The notes under the pieces are model-generated. The model did no database searches and was not told the origin of the DNA. It was given only the letters and a program-made list of their open reading frames with translations. A DNA stretch of 64,000 nt from an uncultured Salinibacterium sp. (GTDB taxonomy: Bacteria > Actinomycetota > Actinomycetes > Actinomycetales > Microbacteriaceae), in assembly GCA_964477625.1 (NCBI GenBank), contig CAYZHZ010000002.1:11444-75443 (forward strand), read 5' to 3'. A program made the translations under genes and the position numbers. Position 1 is the first letter of the stretch. Each line of letters opens with the position of its first letter. Below, one piece after another: positions 29,177-39,064 of the stretch.

Positions 29177-29510
29177 CCCACCCGCTGCCGACGACGGGTA
29201 CAGAATCCTCGTGGACAGGCTCTGGCCTCGAGGCGTCTCGCGCGAGCGGGCCGACCTCGACGAGTGGATGAAGGATGTTGCGCCGAGCGCCCCGTTACGT
29301 CAGTGGTGGGCACACGATCGCGACCGGCTCGAGGAGTTCAGCCGCCGATACCGGTCCGAACTCGACCACAACACCGCCATCACATCGCTGAGGGAGCGGC
29401 TGCACGACCACGCGTCCGTGACGTTGGTCTACGCCGCGCATGATCGCGACGTGAACCACGCGGCGGTGCTCCGCGACTACCTGCTCCACGATGGCGACGA
29501 GAACGGATGA
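29145..29510 (+). CDS. DUF488 / YeaO-family protein
   Basis: [38 protein letters not shown]; GGAGGA RBS. Confidence 0.92.
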   Translation: MTQVQIKRVYDPPAADDGYRILVDRLWPRGVSRERADLDEWMKDVAPSAPLRQWWAHDRDRLEEFSRRYRSELDHNTAITSLRERLHDHASVTLVYAAHDRDVNHAAVLRDYLLHDGDENG

Positions 29511-29538
29511 CCCAACCCGTGGCGCTCTCGGAACGCGG

Positions 29539-30621
29539 CTAGCGCGGAGCCGCCGTATGGTACGGCGAGGGCCAGGGCACGGCATCCGTCTCACCGAACG
29601 CGATGGCCGCGTGCTGCACCCACCGCGGGTCCCGCAGGAATGCGCGTCCCATCATGATGGCGTCGGCCGAGCCCGAGGCCAGAATCTCTTCCGCGTGCTC
29701 GGGGGTCGTGATGCGTCCCACCGCCGCCACCGGCACGGTCGCCTCGTGCCGGATTCGCCGCGCAAACTCGACCTGATACCCCGGCGAGACCGGGATGACG
29801 GCATTGTGCACGAGTCCCCCGCTCGAGCAGTCGATGAGGTCGGCGCCATCGTTCTTCAGCTCGACCGCGAGCGCGACCGAGTCGTCGAGAGTCCAGCCCC
29901 CGTCGACCCAGTCGGTCGACGAGAGCCGCACGAAGAGTGGGCGCCCCTGCGGCCACACCTCGCGGATCGCTCGAACCACCGTTCTCGTCAGGCGGGTTCG
30001 GTTCTCCCACGACCCGCCCCACTCATCCGTTCGGTGGTTGCTGAGGGGGGAGAGGAACTGATGCAGAAGGTACCCGTGCGCGGCGTGCACCTCGACGACG
30101 TCGAACCCGGTCTCGGCCGCCCGGTGGGCGGCATCGACGAACGCAGCGACGACGGCAGAAATACCGTCGCCGTCCAAGGCCGTGGGGGTCTCGAAATCAC
30201 CAAAAGCAACGGCGCTGGGGCCCACCGTAGGCCAGCCCCCCTCGCTGAGCGGAACGCTCCCCTGCACCTCAGACCAGGTGCGCCACGTGGATGCTTTGCG
30301 TCCGGCGTGACCCAATTGCATACCCATGGGCACGCCGAGTTCATGCGCGAAACGCACGTGCCTGCTCCACACCTCGGCTTGCTCGTCGGTCCAGATTCCC
30401 GCGTCCTGCGGACTGATTCGGCCCTCCGGACTCACCGCCGTCGACTCGGTCATGATGAGACCCGGGCCACCGAGGGTCAGCGCGCCCAAGTGCGCGTCGT
30501 GCCATCGCGTCGGGACGCCCGGGTTCGCCGGATCGCACGAATATTGGCACATCGGCGAGACCCACGCGCGGTTGGAGAACGTCGTCTCGCGCAAGGTCAG
30601 CGGGCTCAAAAGATGGGACAT
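29539..30621 (-). CDS. NADH:flavin oxidoreductase (old yellow enzyme, YqjM/NamA-like)
   Basis: SPMCQYS, QLGHAGRKAS, HAAHGYLLHQFLSP, GRAFLRDP. Confidence 0.93.
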   Translation of the reverse strand: MSHLLSPLTLRETTFSNRAWVSPMCQYSCDPANPGVPTRWHDAHLGALTLGGPGLIMTESTAVSPEGRISPQDAGIWTDEQAEVWSRHVRFAHELGVPMGMQLGHAGRKASTWRTWSEVQGSVPLSEGGWPTVGPSAVAFGDFETPTALDGDGISAVVAAFVDAAHRAAETGFDVVEVHAAHGYLLHQFLSPLSNHRTDEWGGSWENRTRLTRTVVRAIREVWPQGRPLFVRLSSTDWVDGGWTLDDSVALAVELKNDGADLIDCSSGGLVHNAVIPVSPGYQVEFARRIRHEATVPVAAVGRITTPEHAEEILASGSADAIMMGRAFLRDPRWVQHAAIAFGETDAVPWPSPYHTAAPR

Positions 30622-30629
30622 CAGAAGTC

Positions 30630-31349
30630 CTAAATCACTAGTGGTTCGGGGGTGTAGGGATAGGGGTCTCTGATGAGGCCGAGCACCACTCGACCGATCT
30701 CGTCGACGGCGATCATCCGGCCCATCGGTTGGGCGGCAGCGTAGGACTCGAGCTGATCGGGCGGTATGGAGGCGCGCACCATCGCCGAGTCGATCGCCGT
30801 GGGGCACACCGCGAAGACACGAATGTCGTCTCGGGCGAGGTCGGCGGCGAGCGTTCTCGAGAACATCACGACCCCGGCCTTCGAGGTCGCGTAGGTCAGA
30901 CTGCCGGGTTGCTCTCGCACGCCGGCGACGGACGCCAAATTCACGATCGCCGCCTTCGGAACGCCACGCAGAAGCGGAACGGCCGCCTGACAGGTGGCGA
31001 AGACAGACGTCAGGTTGATGCGCACGACCCGCTCCCACTGTTGCGGCGTGACGTCGGCAAGGAGCCCGCGGCCCGCCACACCCTGAGCGTTGACGAGGGC
31101 CGAGAGTGCGCCGTGCTCCTCCCCCAGCTGAAAGAACTGCTTCGCGACCTCGGTCGGGTCGGACGCGTCGAACGTCAGTGCACTGCGCGGTTCGATGCCC
31201 AGCTCGGCGCGGGTGGTCTCCAGCTGCTCGGCCGACGCGTCAGCGATGACGACCTGCGTGCCATCCTCGATCAGCATTCGCGCGATCGCGCGACCGACCT
31301 CACCGCCCGCGCCGATGACGACGACCGGTGGACGTGTGTGCTCTGTCAT
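30630..31349 (-). CDS. SDR-family oxidoreductase
   Basis: IGAGGEVG, VNAQG, YATSK. Confidence 0.88.
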   Translation of the reverse strand: MTEHTRPPVVVIGAGGEVGRAIARMLIEDGTQVVIADASAEQLETTRAELGIEPRSALTFDASDPTEVAKQFFQLGEEHGALSALVNAQGVAGRGLLADVTPQQWERVVRINLTSVFATCQAAVPLLRGVPKAAIVNLASVAGVREQPGSLTYATSKAGVVMFSRTLAADLARDDIRVFAVCPTAIDSAMVRASIPPDQLESYAAAQPMGRMIAVDEIGRVVLGLIRDPYPYTPEPLVI

Positions 31350-31356
31350 GTGCTTG

Positions 31357-32214
31357 TCACCAACCCAACACGCGAGCCGCGTTGTCATGGAGCATCAGCT
31401 TTCGCGAGGCGGGCGAAAGACCTAGCTCATCGAACTCTCGGAGTGCCTGTTCGAGCGATCGGCTCGGGTAGCACGACGAATACAAGAAGCGATGCTTCAG
31501 AAAGCCGTTGGCGGCGTCGACGTAGTCGCGCGCGCCCGGCATTTTCGGCAAATACATATAGAACTCGGGCATCAGGTAAACGTTGGGGCATCGCATGGCC
31601 AGCGCGCACACCGCCACCGTCCAGGGCCAGCTCGCGTGCCCCACGATGATCGTGAGATCGGGGTGTGCGAGGGCGGCGCGCTGCACGAAGTGGGGTTCAG
31701 ACCACGACATGTCGGGGCCGATGTAGTGGCTCGAGGTGAACACCACGGGCAGTCCGCGCGCCGCACACTCTCGCAACACCGGGGTCAACCGGGGCGCATC
31801 CTCGTGGTGAGGTTCCACCGACCAGCCCGGGATCACCGAGATGCCGCGGCACCCTGAGGCGACAGCGGCCTCCAGGTCATCCATCGCGTCGGGCGACGAG
31901 GCGTCGATGCCGGCGAATCCGGTGTACTTCTGCGGAGCATCCGCAGCCAGTCGTGCAATGTCGGCGTTATCGACGCAACCGTACTCGGCCGACGCCTTCT
32001 GCCCCATGACCACGGCATGATGGATGCCCGCTCGCTCCATCTCCTGCTCGAAGAGTTGCATCGAGAACTGGTCGAAGGAGGGCATCGGCTCCCGGTCGAG
32101 CACGAACGGCGTCGCGGTGACCACATCCGGATCGGGGTCACGCTCGCGGAAGAAGTGAATCGAACCAAAACTCCCGTACGGGGGTTGGATTCGAAAGTCG
32201 ATGATGTCGGTCAC
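31357..32214 (-). CDS. Amidohydrolase-2-family protein (atypical metal-site motifs)
   Basis: IIDFRIQPP, EMERAGI, HPDLTIIVGH, YSSCYP, HDNAARVLG. Confidence 0.8.
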   Translation of the reverse strand: MTDIIDFRIQPPYGSFGSIHFFRERDPDPDVVTATPFVLDREPMPSFDQFSMQLFEQEMERAGIHHAVVMGQKASAEYGCVDNADIARLAADAPQKYTGFAGIDASSPDAMDDLEAAVASGCRGISVIPGWSVEPHHEDAPRLTPVLRECAARGLPVVFTSSHYIGPDMSWSEPHFVQRAALAHPDLTIIVGHASWPWTVAVCALAMRCPNVYLMPEFYMYLPKMPGARDYVDAANGFLKHRFLYSSCYPSRSLEQALREFDELGLSPASRKLMLHDNAARVLGW

Positions 32215-32984
32215 ATTCCGACACCCGATGTCACCAGGTCGGCTCCTCCGCTGACGTAGAGGTGCTGGCCGGTGATGAATCCCGAGCCTTCGGCGCAGAA
32301 GAACGCGACCGCGTGAGCGATGTCCTCGACACTGCCCAGCCGGGGAATCGGATTCAGGGCCGTCTTGCGAAGATCAGCCTCCTGTTGGGCAGGATCCATA
32401 GCCCGGAACATCGGGGTGTCGACTGCCGCAGGCGAAATGGCATTGCAGGTGATGCCGTGCACGCCCAGTTCGAGCGCAAGGCTGCGAGTGAGGCTGATGA
32501 CGCCACCCTTTGATGCGGCGTACGCGCCGATGCCGGCCCCGCCCAGCCACGACCGCGACGCGACGTTGACGATACGGCCCTGACCGTTCGCGATCATGTG
32601 CGCAACGACGGCCTGCGACATGAGGAACTGACTGCGCAGGTTCACTCGCAGAATACGGTCGAACTCGTCTGCACTCACGTCGGCGAGCGCCTTCTCCGGC
32701 GTGAGGATGCCGGCGTTGTTCACCAACGCGTCGACGCGACCCGTCGCCTCGACGAATCGCCCGACCGCCTCGGACACGCTGGTGGGATCGCCGACGTCAC
32801 AGCGGTAACCCGTGGCGAGTCCACCCTCGGCGACGACGGATTCCGCGAGGCGCTCCGCCGCGGCGGAGTCGAGGTCGAAGATGGCGACCTCGACTCCGTC
32901 TCGCGCAAGACGCCGAACGACGGCCTCACCGATGCCCCCGGCGCCGCCGGTGACGATGGCGGTGCGGCTAACGCTGTTAGTCAA
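32211..32984 (-). CDS. SDR-family oxidoreductase (FabG-like)
   Basis: TGGAGGIG, VNNAG, YAASKGG, ITGQHLYVSGG. Confidence 0.92.
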   Translation of the reverse strand: MTNSVSRTAIVTGGAGGIGEAVVRRLARDGVEVAIFDLDSAAAERLAESVVAEGGLATGYRCDVGDPTSVSEAVGRFVEATGRVDALVNNAGILTPEKALADVSADEFDRILRVNLRSQFLMSQAVVAHMIANGQGRIVNVASRSWLGGAGIGAYAASKGGVISLTRSLALELGVHGITCNAISPAAVDTPMFRAMDPAQQEADLRKTALNPIPRLGSVEDIAHAVAFFCAEGSGFITGQHLYVSGGADLVTSGVGM

Positions 32985-33942
32985 GGCGCGCCATACGCGG
33001 CGGTACAACGGCGATCTTGCCCGCGAATCCGCTCGCGGCGATCGCGCGCGAGTTGATGACATCGATGACCACACCGGCTTCGGGCGCCGTCAGTGTCTCG
33101 AGCACTTCGCCGTCGTAGCTCAGCACCGACGTGAAGGGTTGCCCTTCGGCGATCCACTCCCCGACCTCGACCTCGGGGCGCAGCACGCCGCCCTGGGTCA
33201 CCTTCATGAGAACGCCGTGATCCATCACGACGGGCTCGGCGCCCCAGGTGGTGATCTCGCCCTCCAGAATTCCGAGGTAGCGACCCACGTTCCAGAGTCC
33301 TTCGTAGTGGGCGTCGATGTAGCGTTCCTCACGCAGCCCTTCGCCGCCGGCCTCGAAGGTCATCGCCGGAACACCCGACATGCAGGCGGTTCCCGATCCG
33401 GTTCCCTTGCCGAGGATGGGGCCATCCGCGGGGGTGATCTCGATGTAGGGGAATCCCGAGGCCTTCGCGATCGCGACCACCTTGTCATCCACGTCTTTGT
33501 CGCCCGTCGAGTGGGCGATGATGAACGTGCCGATCGCCTCATCCCACTCGCCACCGTGTACGTCGATGACGGCGTCGGAGTGCGAAACCACACGCTCCGT
33601 GATGGTCGCCGCGATGACCTCGGTGATGGTTCCCGAGTAGTCGCCTGGCCACATGCGGTTGAGGTTCTTGCCATCCGCGGGGTTCACGTAGGCGCTCTTC
33701 TTCTCGAACGCGATCGTGTCGGCCATGAGCACGACACGCACCGTGCCGGTGACCTTCTCGGGGTCGAGCGACTCCCAGAACCGCGCGACCGCGTCGTGGG
33801 CCGCGTACTCGGTGCCGTGGGCGCCACCGATCACACCGAGCGATCGTCCGGGCGACTTTCCCTCCACGACGCCGATCGGCAGGCTCGCGACGACACCGTT
33901 GCTGTCGCTGATTTCGATGATTTCAAGTTTCTTGCTGGCCAT
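32977..33942 (-). CDS. Succinylglutamate desuccinylase/aspartoacylase (M14) family deacylase
   Basis: HGTE, NLNR, DVHGG, FEAG; C-terminal barrel-sandwich. Confidence 0.9.
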   Translation of the reverse strand: MASKKLEIIEISDSNGVVASLPIGVVEGKSPGRSLGVIGGAHGTEYAAHDAVARFWESLDPEKVTGTVRVVLMADTIAFEKKSAYVNPADGKNLNRMWPGDYSGTITEVIAATITERVVSHSDAVIDVHGGEWDEAIGTFIIAHSTGDKDVDDKVVAIAKASGFPYIEITPADGPILGKGTGSGTACMSGVPAMTFEAGGEGLREERYIDAHYEGLWNVGRYLGILEGEITTWGAEPVVMDHGVLMKVTQGGVLRPEVEVGEWIAEGQPFTSVLSYDGEVLETLTAPEAGVVIDVINSRAIAASGFAGKIAVVPPRMARLD

Positions 33943-33975
33943 CAGGTCATTCCTCACTATCGGGGCGGGCACTCA

Positions 33976-35076
33976 TTAGGCGGGATGCGCGGACAGCATG
34001 TCCTGCGTGTTCCCGAGGTATTCCATGACACGGCCATCCGCGTCACGCACAACGTGGTAGAGACCGATCGCCGGCGCTGCAGGCTCGCCGGCGTCGGTGA
34101 ACCGAAGCAGGCCGCTGGCGCCCTCGTATCCCTCGACCGCGATCTGGCGGAACGCGTCGAGAACCGCGCTTCGTTCGGTGGATCCGGCGCGCTTGACCGA
34201 CTCGGCGACGAGCATGACCGCGTCATACGCCTCGGTGCTGTACGTGCTGTCCGACTTGTGCTGGGCCTCGTACAGTTCACGGAACCGTGCAGCCGACGGA
34301 ACGCGACGGAAGTCTGCCCCGCTGTGCGTGTGAAACGCCTCTCCGCTGTCGTCGCCGCCGCCGAGGAAGAACGAGGTCTTCATCGCGTCGGTGCCGAGGA
34401 ACGGCATCGTGAGGCCCCGCTCACGAAGGGCGGTCGAGATGGCCTTGCCCTCCATGCCGTGAACCGCGAAGAAGACGACATCGGGGGCTTCGCTTGCGAC
34501 CTGCTCGACGAGAGAGCTGAACTCCTCTGATCCCCGCTCGAACTCCGAGACGCCCACGATCTCGCCGCCCAGGGCCTCGAAGCCCGCACGGAAGTTGCCC
34601 GTCACCGAACGCCCGAACGCGTCGGTGTCGGAGATCACCGAGACGCGCGTGGCACCGAGGTGGTGCCGCGCGATCTTCGCGAGCTCGCCACCCTGAGCCT
34701 CTTCGTTGGCCACCAGGCGGAAGAACGTGCGCAGACCGATACGGCACAACTGTGGATGAGACGCGCACGGGCTCACCTGCAGCAGACCCGCGCGATCGAA
34801 GATCGGCGCGTTCACGAGCGCCTCCGAGCTGCCCATCGGCCCCACGGCGGCCACGTATGCGGCGTCGGCAACGATCGCCTCGGCGAAGCGCGCGGTGACC
34901 GCGGTGTCGCCGTGATCGTCGAACACGTCGAGGTGGAAGGTGAACTCGGAGTTGCTGCGGGCGAGCTCCTCAATGGCGATCATCGCTCCGCGATAGGTCG
35001 GCAGCTGGGCCGCACTCGAGTCCGGGCGCGACGACACGGTCAACGCTATGCGGGCATGCTTCTGGGCTTCGTTCAC
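33976..35076 (-). CDS. Leu/Ile/Val-binding-protein-fold protein without signal peptide
   Basis: DDHGD, VGPMGS, SPCASHP, FFRLVAN, YDAV; no hydrophobic N-terminus or lipobox. Confidence 0.82.
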   Translation of the reverse strand: MNEAQKHARIALTVSSRPDSSAAQLPTYRGAMIAIEELARSNSEFTFHLDVFDDHGDTAVTARFAEAIVADAAYVAAVGPMGSSEALVNAPIFDRAGLLQVSPCASHPQLCRIGLRTFFRLVANEEAQGGELAKIARHHLGATRVSVISDTDAFGRSVTGNFRAGFEALGGEIVGVSEFERGSEEFSSLVEQVASEAPDVVFFAVHGMEGKAISTALRERGLTMPFLGTDAMKTSFFLGGGDDSGEAFHTHSGADFRRVPSAARFRELYEAQHKSDSTYSTEAYDAVMLVAESVKRAGSTERSAVLDAFRQIAVEGYEGASGLLRFTDAGEPAAPAIGLYHVVRDADGRVMEYLGNTQDMLSAHPA

Positions 35077-35108
35077 GAAGATTCCTCCGGGGTTTGTGAT
35101 TCTCAGGA

Positions 35109-36167
35109 TCAGGGAGTGGATGTGGCGTGGGGTGAAACGCTCGAGAGCTCGAGCGGAAAGTGGCAGGCAGCCAATTGGCCCGCCTGATCAGTCGACGGGG
35201 CGAGCACGGGGCGGTTCGTGAAGCACAGTTCCGTTGCCTTCCAGCACCTCGTATTGAAGCAACACCCTGCGGGCGGGTTCGACGGGTCGGGAAGTTCGCC
35301 CGACAGGATGATCCGCTGCCGCGACTCCCTGTCCCGCGGGTTCGCCGACGGCACCGCCGAGAGCAGGGACGCGGTGTAGGGGTGGCTGGGGTGAGTGAAG
35401 ATCGTCTCGGAGGGCCCGGTTTCGACCGATCGCCCGAGGTACATCACCAGCAGTTGGTCGGCCACGTGGCGAACGACCGAGAGGTCGTGCGACACGAAGA
35501 GGTACGCGAGGCCGAGCTCCCCCTGGAGTCTCTTCAACAGGTTGACCACCTGAGCTTGAGTCGACACGTCGAGTGCCGAGACAGGCTCATCCAAGACGAG
35601 CACCTTCGTCTCGAGCATCAGGGCCCGCGCAATGCAGATGCGTTGACGTTGTCCGCCAGAGAACTGGTGCGGGTACTTGCGAAGATCCGATCCGCGCAGG
35701 CCCACGAGCTCGAGCAGCTCGCCCGCGCGCGCGAGGCGGGAGCGCGAGTCGCCCACGTTGTGAACGACGGCGGGCTCCTGGATGGCGGCCGCAATCGTCA
35801 TGCGGGAGTTCAGCGAGGAATAGGGGTCCTGAAACACCATCTGCATCTGGCGACGCACGCTCATGAGCGAACGACGATTGGTGCGGGTAACGTCCACCCC
35901 GTTGAAGATCACCGACCCTGAATCGGGATCGAGCAGGCGCATCGCGACGCGGGCGAGCGTGGACTTGCCCGACCCAGACTCTCCCACCACGGCGAGCGTT
36001 TCGCCCGCGTGCAGCGAGAAGCTGACGTCAGAGAGTGCGTGCACCCGCGATCCCTTGCCGCCGCGGGCGGGGAAGGTCTTCGAGACCGAATCGACGCGCA
36101 GTACTTCTTCACCGGATGAGGTCGTCGCGGGCATGCCCTGCGCACCCGCCGACTCGACGCTACTCAT
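35109..36167 (-). CDS. Oligopeptide ABC ATP-binding protein (OppF-like)
   Basis: GESGSGKST, FSGGQRQR, oligo_HPY tail with Cys motif. Confidence 0.95.
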   Translation of the reverse strand: MSSVESAGAQGMPATTSSGEEVLRVDSVSKTFPARGGKGSRVHALSDVSFSLHAGETLAVVGESGSGKSTLARVAMRLLDPDSGSVIFNGVDVTRTNRRSLMSVRRQMQMVFQDPYSSLNSRMTIAAAIQEPAVVHNVGDSRSRLARAGELLELVGLRGSDLRKYPHQFSGGQRQRICIARALMLETKVLVLDEPVSALDVSTQAQVVNLLKRLQGELGLAYLFVSHDLSVVRHVADQLLVMYLGRSVETGPSETIFTHPSHPYTASLLSAVPSANPRDRESRQRIILSGELPDPSNPPAGCCFNTRCWKATELCFTNRPVLAPSTDQAGQLAACHFPLELSSVSPHATSTP

Positions 36168-37204
36168 GCTTCCCACACATGGGCAGTCGGTGCGGCACTG
36201 ATGAGCTCTTCGGCGTGGTGGCAAGCAGTGACGTGCCCTTCCTTCCCGATGGTTCGAAGTCGTGGACGCGTCGTCACGCACACCTCCGTCGCGAGGAAGC
36301 AGCGCGGTGCGAAGCGACACCCGGTGAGGGTGTCGCCCGGTGTGGGGGGCTGCCCGGGGATGGCCTCGAGTTGCGCACGACGGTCCTCCAAGCTCGGGAT
36401 GCTGGCCAGCAGTCCCGACGTGTACGGATGACTCGGGGCAGAGAAGACGTCATCGACCGTTCCTTCCTCCACGGCACGACCGCCATACATGACGAGCACG
36501 CGATCGGCCGTCTCCGCGATGACACGCAGATCGTGGGTGATGAGGATCGTGGCGATCCCATGCTCGTGCTTGATCGTGTTGAGGAGGTCGAGAAGTTGCG
36601 CCTGCACCGTCGCATCGAGAGCGGTGGTGGGCTCATCCGCGATCAGCACGTCGGGGTTGTTGGCGATCGCCATCGCGATGACCACGCGTTGGCGCATTCC
36701 GCCGGAGAACTCGTGCGGGTACCGATCGAATCGTCGAGCGGGATCGGGCACACCCACCGATCCGAGAATCTCCACGGACTCGGCTCGGGCGCTGCGGCGG
36801 CTGAGGCCGGGGCGGTGTGCCGTCATCACTTCGGCGATCTGCTGGCCGATCGTCATCACGGGGTTGAGGGAGGTCATCGGGTCTTGGAAGACCATTGAGA
36901 TCCTGCGACCGAGAAGGTGACGCAACTCGCCCGAGCTGGCACCGAGTAGATCCACACCGTTGAGCAGAGCTTCCCCCGCGACGACTCGGCCGGGCTCCCG
37001 CAGAAGCCGAGAGATCGAGAGCATCGCGACGCTCTTGCCCGACCCGGACTCGCCGACGATTCCGAGGGTTTCGCCGCGGCGCAGGTCGAAACTCAGACCG
37101 TCGACGGCTCGGTACGCTCCCGCTCGGCTGGCGAACTCGGTGACGAGTCCCCGCACGCTCAGAACCGTGTCGCCCTGGGGTTGAGGGTTCGACGAGATAC
37201 TCAC
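36164..37204 (-). CDS. Oligopeptide ABC ATP-binding protein (OppD-like)
   Basis: GESGSGKS, FSGGMRQR, DEPTTALD, HPYT, CRFAPRC. Confidence 0.95.
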   Translation of the reverse strand: MSISSNPQPQGDTVLSVRGLVTEFASRAGAYRAVDGLSFDLRRGETLGIVGESGSGKSVAMLSISRLLREPGRVVAGEALLNGVDLLGASSGELRHLLGRRISMVFQDPMTSLNPVMTIGQQIAEVMTAHRPGLSRRSARAESVEILGSVGVPDPARRFDRYPHEFSGGMRQRVVIAMAIANNPDVLIADEPTTALDATVQAQLLDLLNTIKHEHGIATILITHDLRVIAETADRVLVMYGGRAVEEGTVDDVFSAPSHPYTSGLLASIPSLEDRRAQLEAIPGQPPTPGDTLTGCRFAPRCFLATEVCVTTRPRLRTIGKEGHVTACHHAEELISAAPTAHVWEA

Positions 37205-38079
37205 GACTGCCTCTTTCTGGGATCGACCAGTCGCTCGATGCCGCCACCGAGGAGGTTGGCGCTGAGCGTGGCGATCACCAGGATCGCGCCCGGGAAGAAG
37301 GTGATCCACCAGGCGGTGGAGAGAAACTGTCGACCCTCAGCCATCATGTTGCCCCACGTCGGGGTGGGTGGCTGCACGCCCAATCCGAGAAAGCCCAGCG
37401 ACGATTCGTAGATGATCACCGACGCGAACTGGAAGGTCGCCACGACGACCACGGCGCCGAGGGTGTTGGGCAGGATGTGCTTGAGCGCGATGCGCCAGCT
37501 CGACGCTCCGATCGAGCGTGCTGACTCCACGAAGGGCTGCTCGCGAATCACGAGGACCGACCCGCGCACGGTGCGAGCGAACACGGGCCAGATCGTCAGG
37601 ATGAACACGATCACCATGACCGTGACCGAACCACCCAGCAGAGCGACGATGGCCAGCGCGAGCAGCACGAGGGGGAAGGCAAGCTGCAGGTCGCAAATTC
37701 TCATCACGATGTCGTCGACCCACCCGCCGACGTACCCGGCGAGCAAGCCCAGAGCGCACCCCAGAATCAGTGCGCCGGTGATGGAGGCCAAGCTCACGAA
37801 GAGGGAGTAGCGGCCGCCGAGGAACACGCGGGTAAATACGTCTCGCCCGAGCGTGTCGGTGCCGAAGAGGTGCAGGGCGCCGTCTTCCGACAGGCTTCCG
37901 GGTGGGCGCAGGAACGAGGACAGGTCTTGGTCGTCATATCCAAACGGACTCAGGATCGGGACGAAGATCACGGCGAGCACGATGAGGGAGAGGAGCGTCA
38001 CGCCGATGGCGGTCACGGCTCTGGGCTCACCCAATCGCCGCACCGAGAAGCGCGGCCGGGAGGCAGTTATTTCAGTCAT
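37201..38079 (-). CDS. Oligopeptide ABC permease (OppC-like)
   Basis: FGTDTLGRD, FVESARSIGA, LGFLGLG. Confidence 0.95.
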   Translation of the reverse strand: MTEITASRPRFSVRRLGEPRAVTAIGVTLLSLIVLAVIFVPILSPFGYDDQDLSSFLRPPGSLSEDGALHLFGTDTLGRDVFTRVFLGGRYSLFVSLASITGALILGCALGLLAGYVGGWVDDIVMRICDLQLAFPLVLLALAIVALLGGSVTVMVIVFILTIWPVFARTVRGSVLVIREQPFVESARSIGASSWRIALKHILPNTLGAVVVVATFQFASVIIYESSLGFLGLGVQPPTPTWGNMMAEGRQFLSTAWWITFFPGAILVIATLSANLLGGGIERLVDPRKRQS

Positions 38080-38996
38080 TCGTACTTGGTCCTGGGGTCG
38101 AGAGCGAGGTAGAGCAGATCGACGACAAGGTTGACGACCACGAAGACGACGGCCGACACCAGAACGACTCCTTGGACCACGGGGTAGTCGCGAATGGCGA
38201 TCGCATTCACGGCGAGCTGGCCGATGCCTGGCCAGGCAAAGACGACCTCCACGACGACGGCGCCACCCACGAGGCCGGCGCCGTAGAGGGCGACGACGGT
38301 GATGATGGGAATTGACGCGTTCTTGAGGATGTGGCTGCGCACGATCACGAGGCCCGGCAGGCCCTTCGAGCGCGCGGTTCGCAAGTAGTCCTCGCGGTCA
38401 ACGTCGCGAACGCTCGACCGCGTGACACGAATGACCAAGCCGATGAGGAACAGCGCCAGGGCGATCGTCGGGAGCACCAGGTGCTCAGGGCCACCGGCAC
38501 CGGAGGTGGGGAGCAGATCCCAGCCCACCGCAACCACCGAGATGAGGATCATGCCGAACCAGAAGCTGGGAACGGACTGGCCGATGAGGGCGAGGCCCTG
38601 GCCGACGACATCCCCGAATCCTCCACGCAGCCCGCCGTAGAGACCGATCGGCAGACCGACGACGACGGCGAGGATCACTGCCAGCGACACGAGAAGAAGT
38701 GTGTTCGGTAGCGCCTGACCGATCGAGGCGGCCACCGGCTGCTGAGTGAAGACCGACTGGCCCAGATTTCCCTGCAGGAGGCCGACGATGTACGACCAGA
38801 GCTGTTCCAGGATCGGAAGGTCGAGGCCGAGCTTCTCGCGCAACTGTGCCACCTGCTCGGCACTGGCCTTGTCACCGAGTATCAGACGAGCGGGATCACC
38901 CGGCGCGAGCCGAAGAAGCAAGAAAGTAACAACAGCGGCAAGCAGGATGATTATGGCGGCATGTCCCAGTCGGCGGGCGATGTAGGCGATAGTCAT
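38076..38996 (-). CDS. Oligopeptide ABC permease (OppB-like)
   Basis: PGDPA, DYLRTARSKGL, FAWPGIG, RDYPVVQG. Confidence 0.95.
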   Translation of the reverse strand: MTIAYIARRLGHAAIIILLAAVVTFLLLRLAPGDPARLILGDKASAEQVAQLREKLGLDLPILEQLWSYIVGLLQGNLGQSVFTQQPVAASIGQALPNTLLLVSLAVILAVVVGLPIGLYGGLRGGFGDVVGQGLALIGQSVPSFWFGMILISVVAVGWDLLPTSGAGGPEHLVLPTIALALFLIGLVIRVTRSSVRDVDREDYLRTARSKGLPGLVIVRSHILKNASIPIITVVALYGAGLVGGAVVVEVVFAWPGIGQLAVNAIAIRDYPVVQGVVLVSAVVFVVVNLVVDLLYLALDPRTKYE

Positions 38997-39010
38997 GTGC
39001 TTCCCAAAAG

Positions 39011-39057
39011 CTAGGTGGAGCGGAGCTGCGAGACGTATCCCGCAGCTCCGCCCCTAG
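39011..39057. terminator. Intercistronic stem-loop after the binding-protein gene
   Basis: gcggagctgcg (39020-39030) pairs with cgcagctccgc (39041-39051), flanked by ctagg/cctag. Confidence 0.7.
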
Positions 39058-39064
39058 GAGGTTC

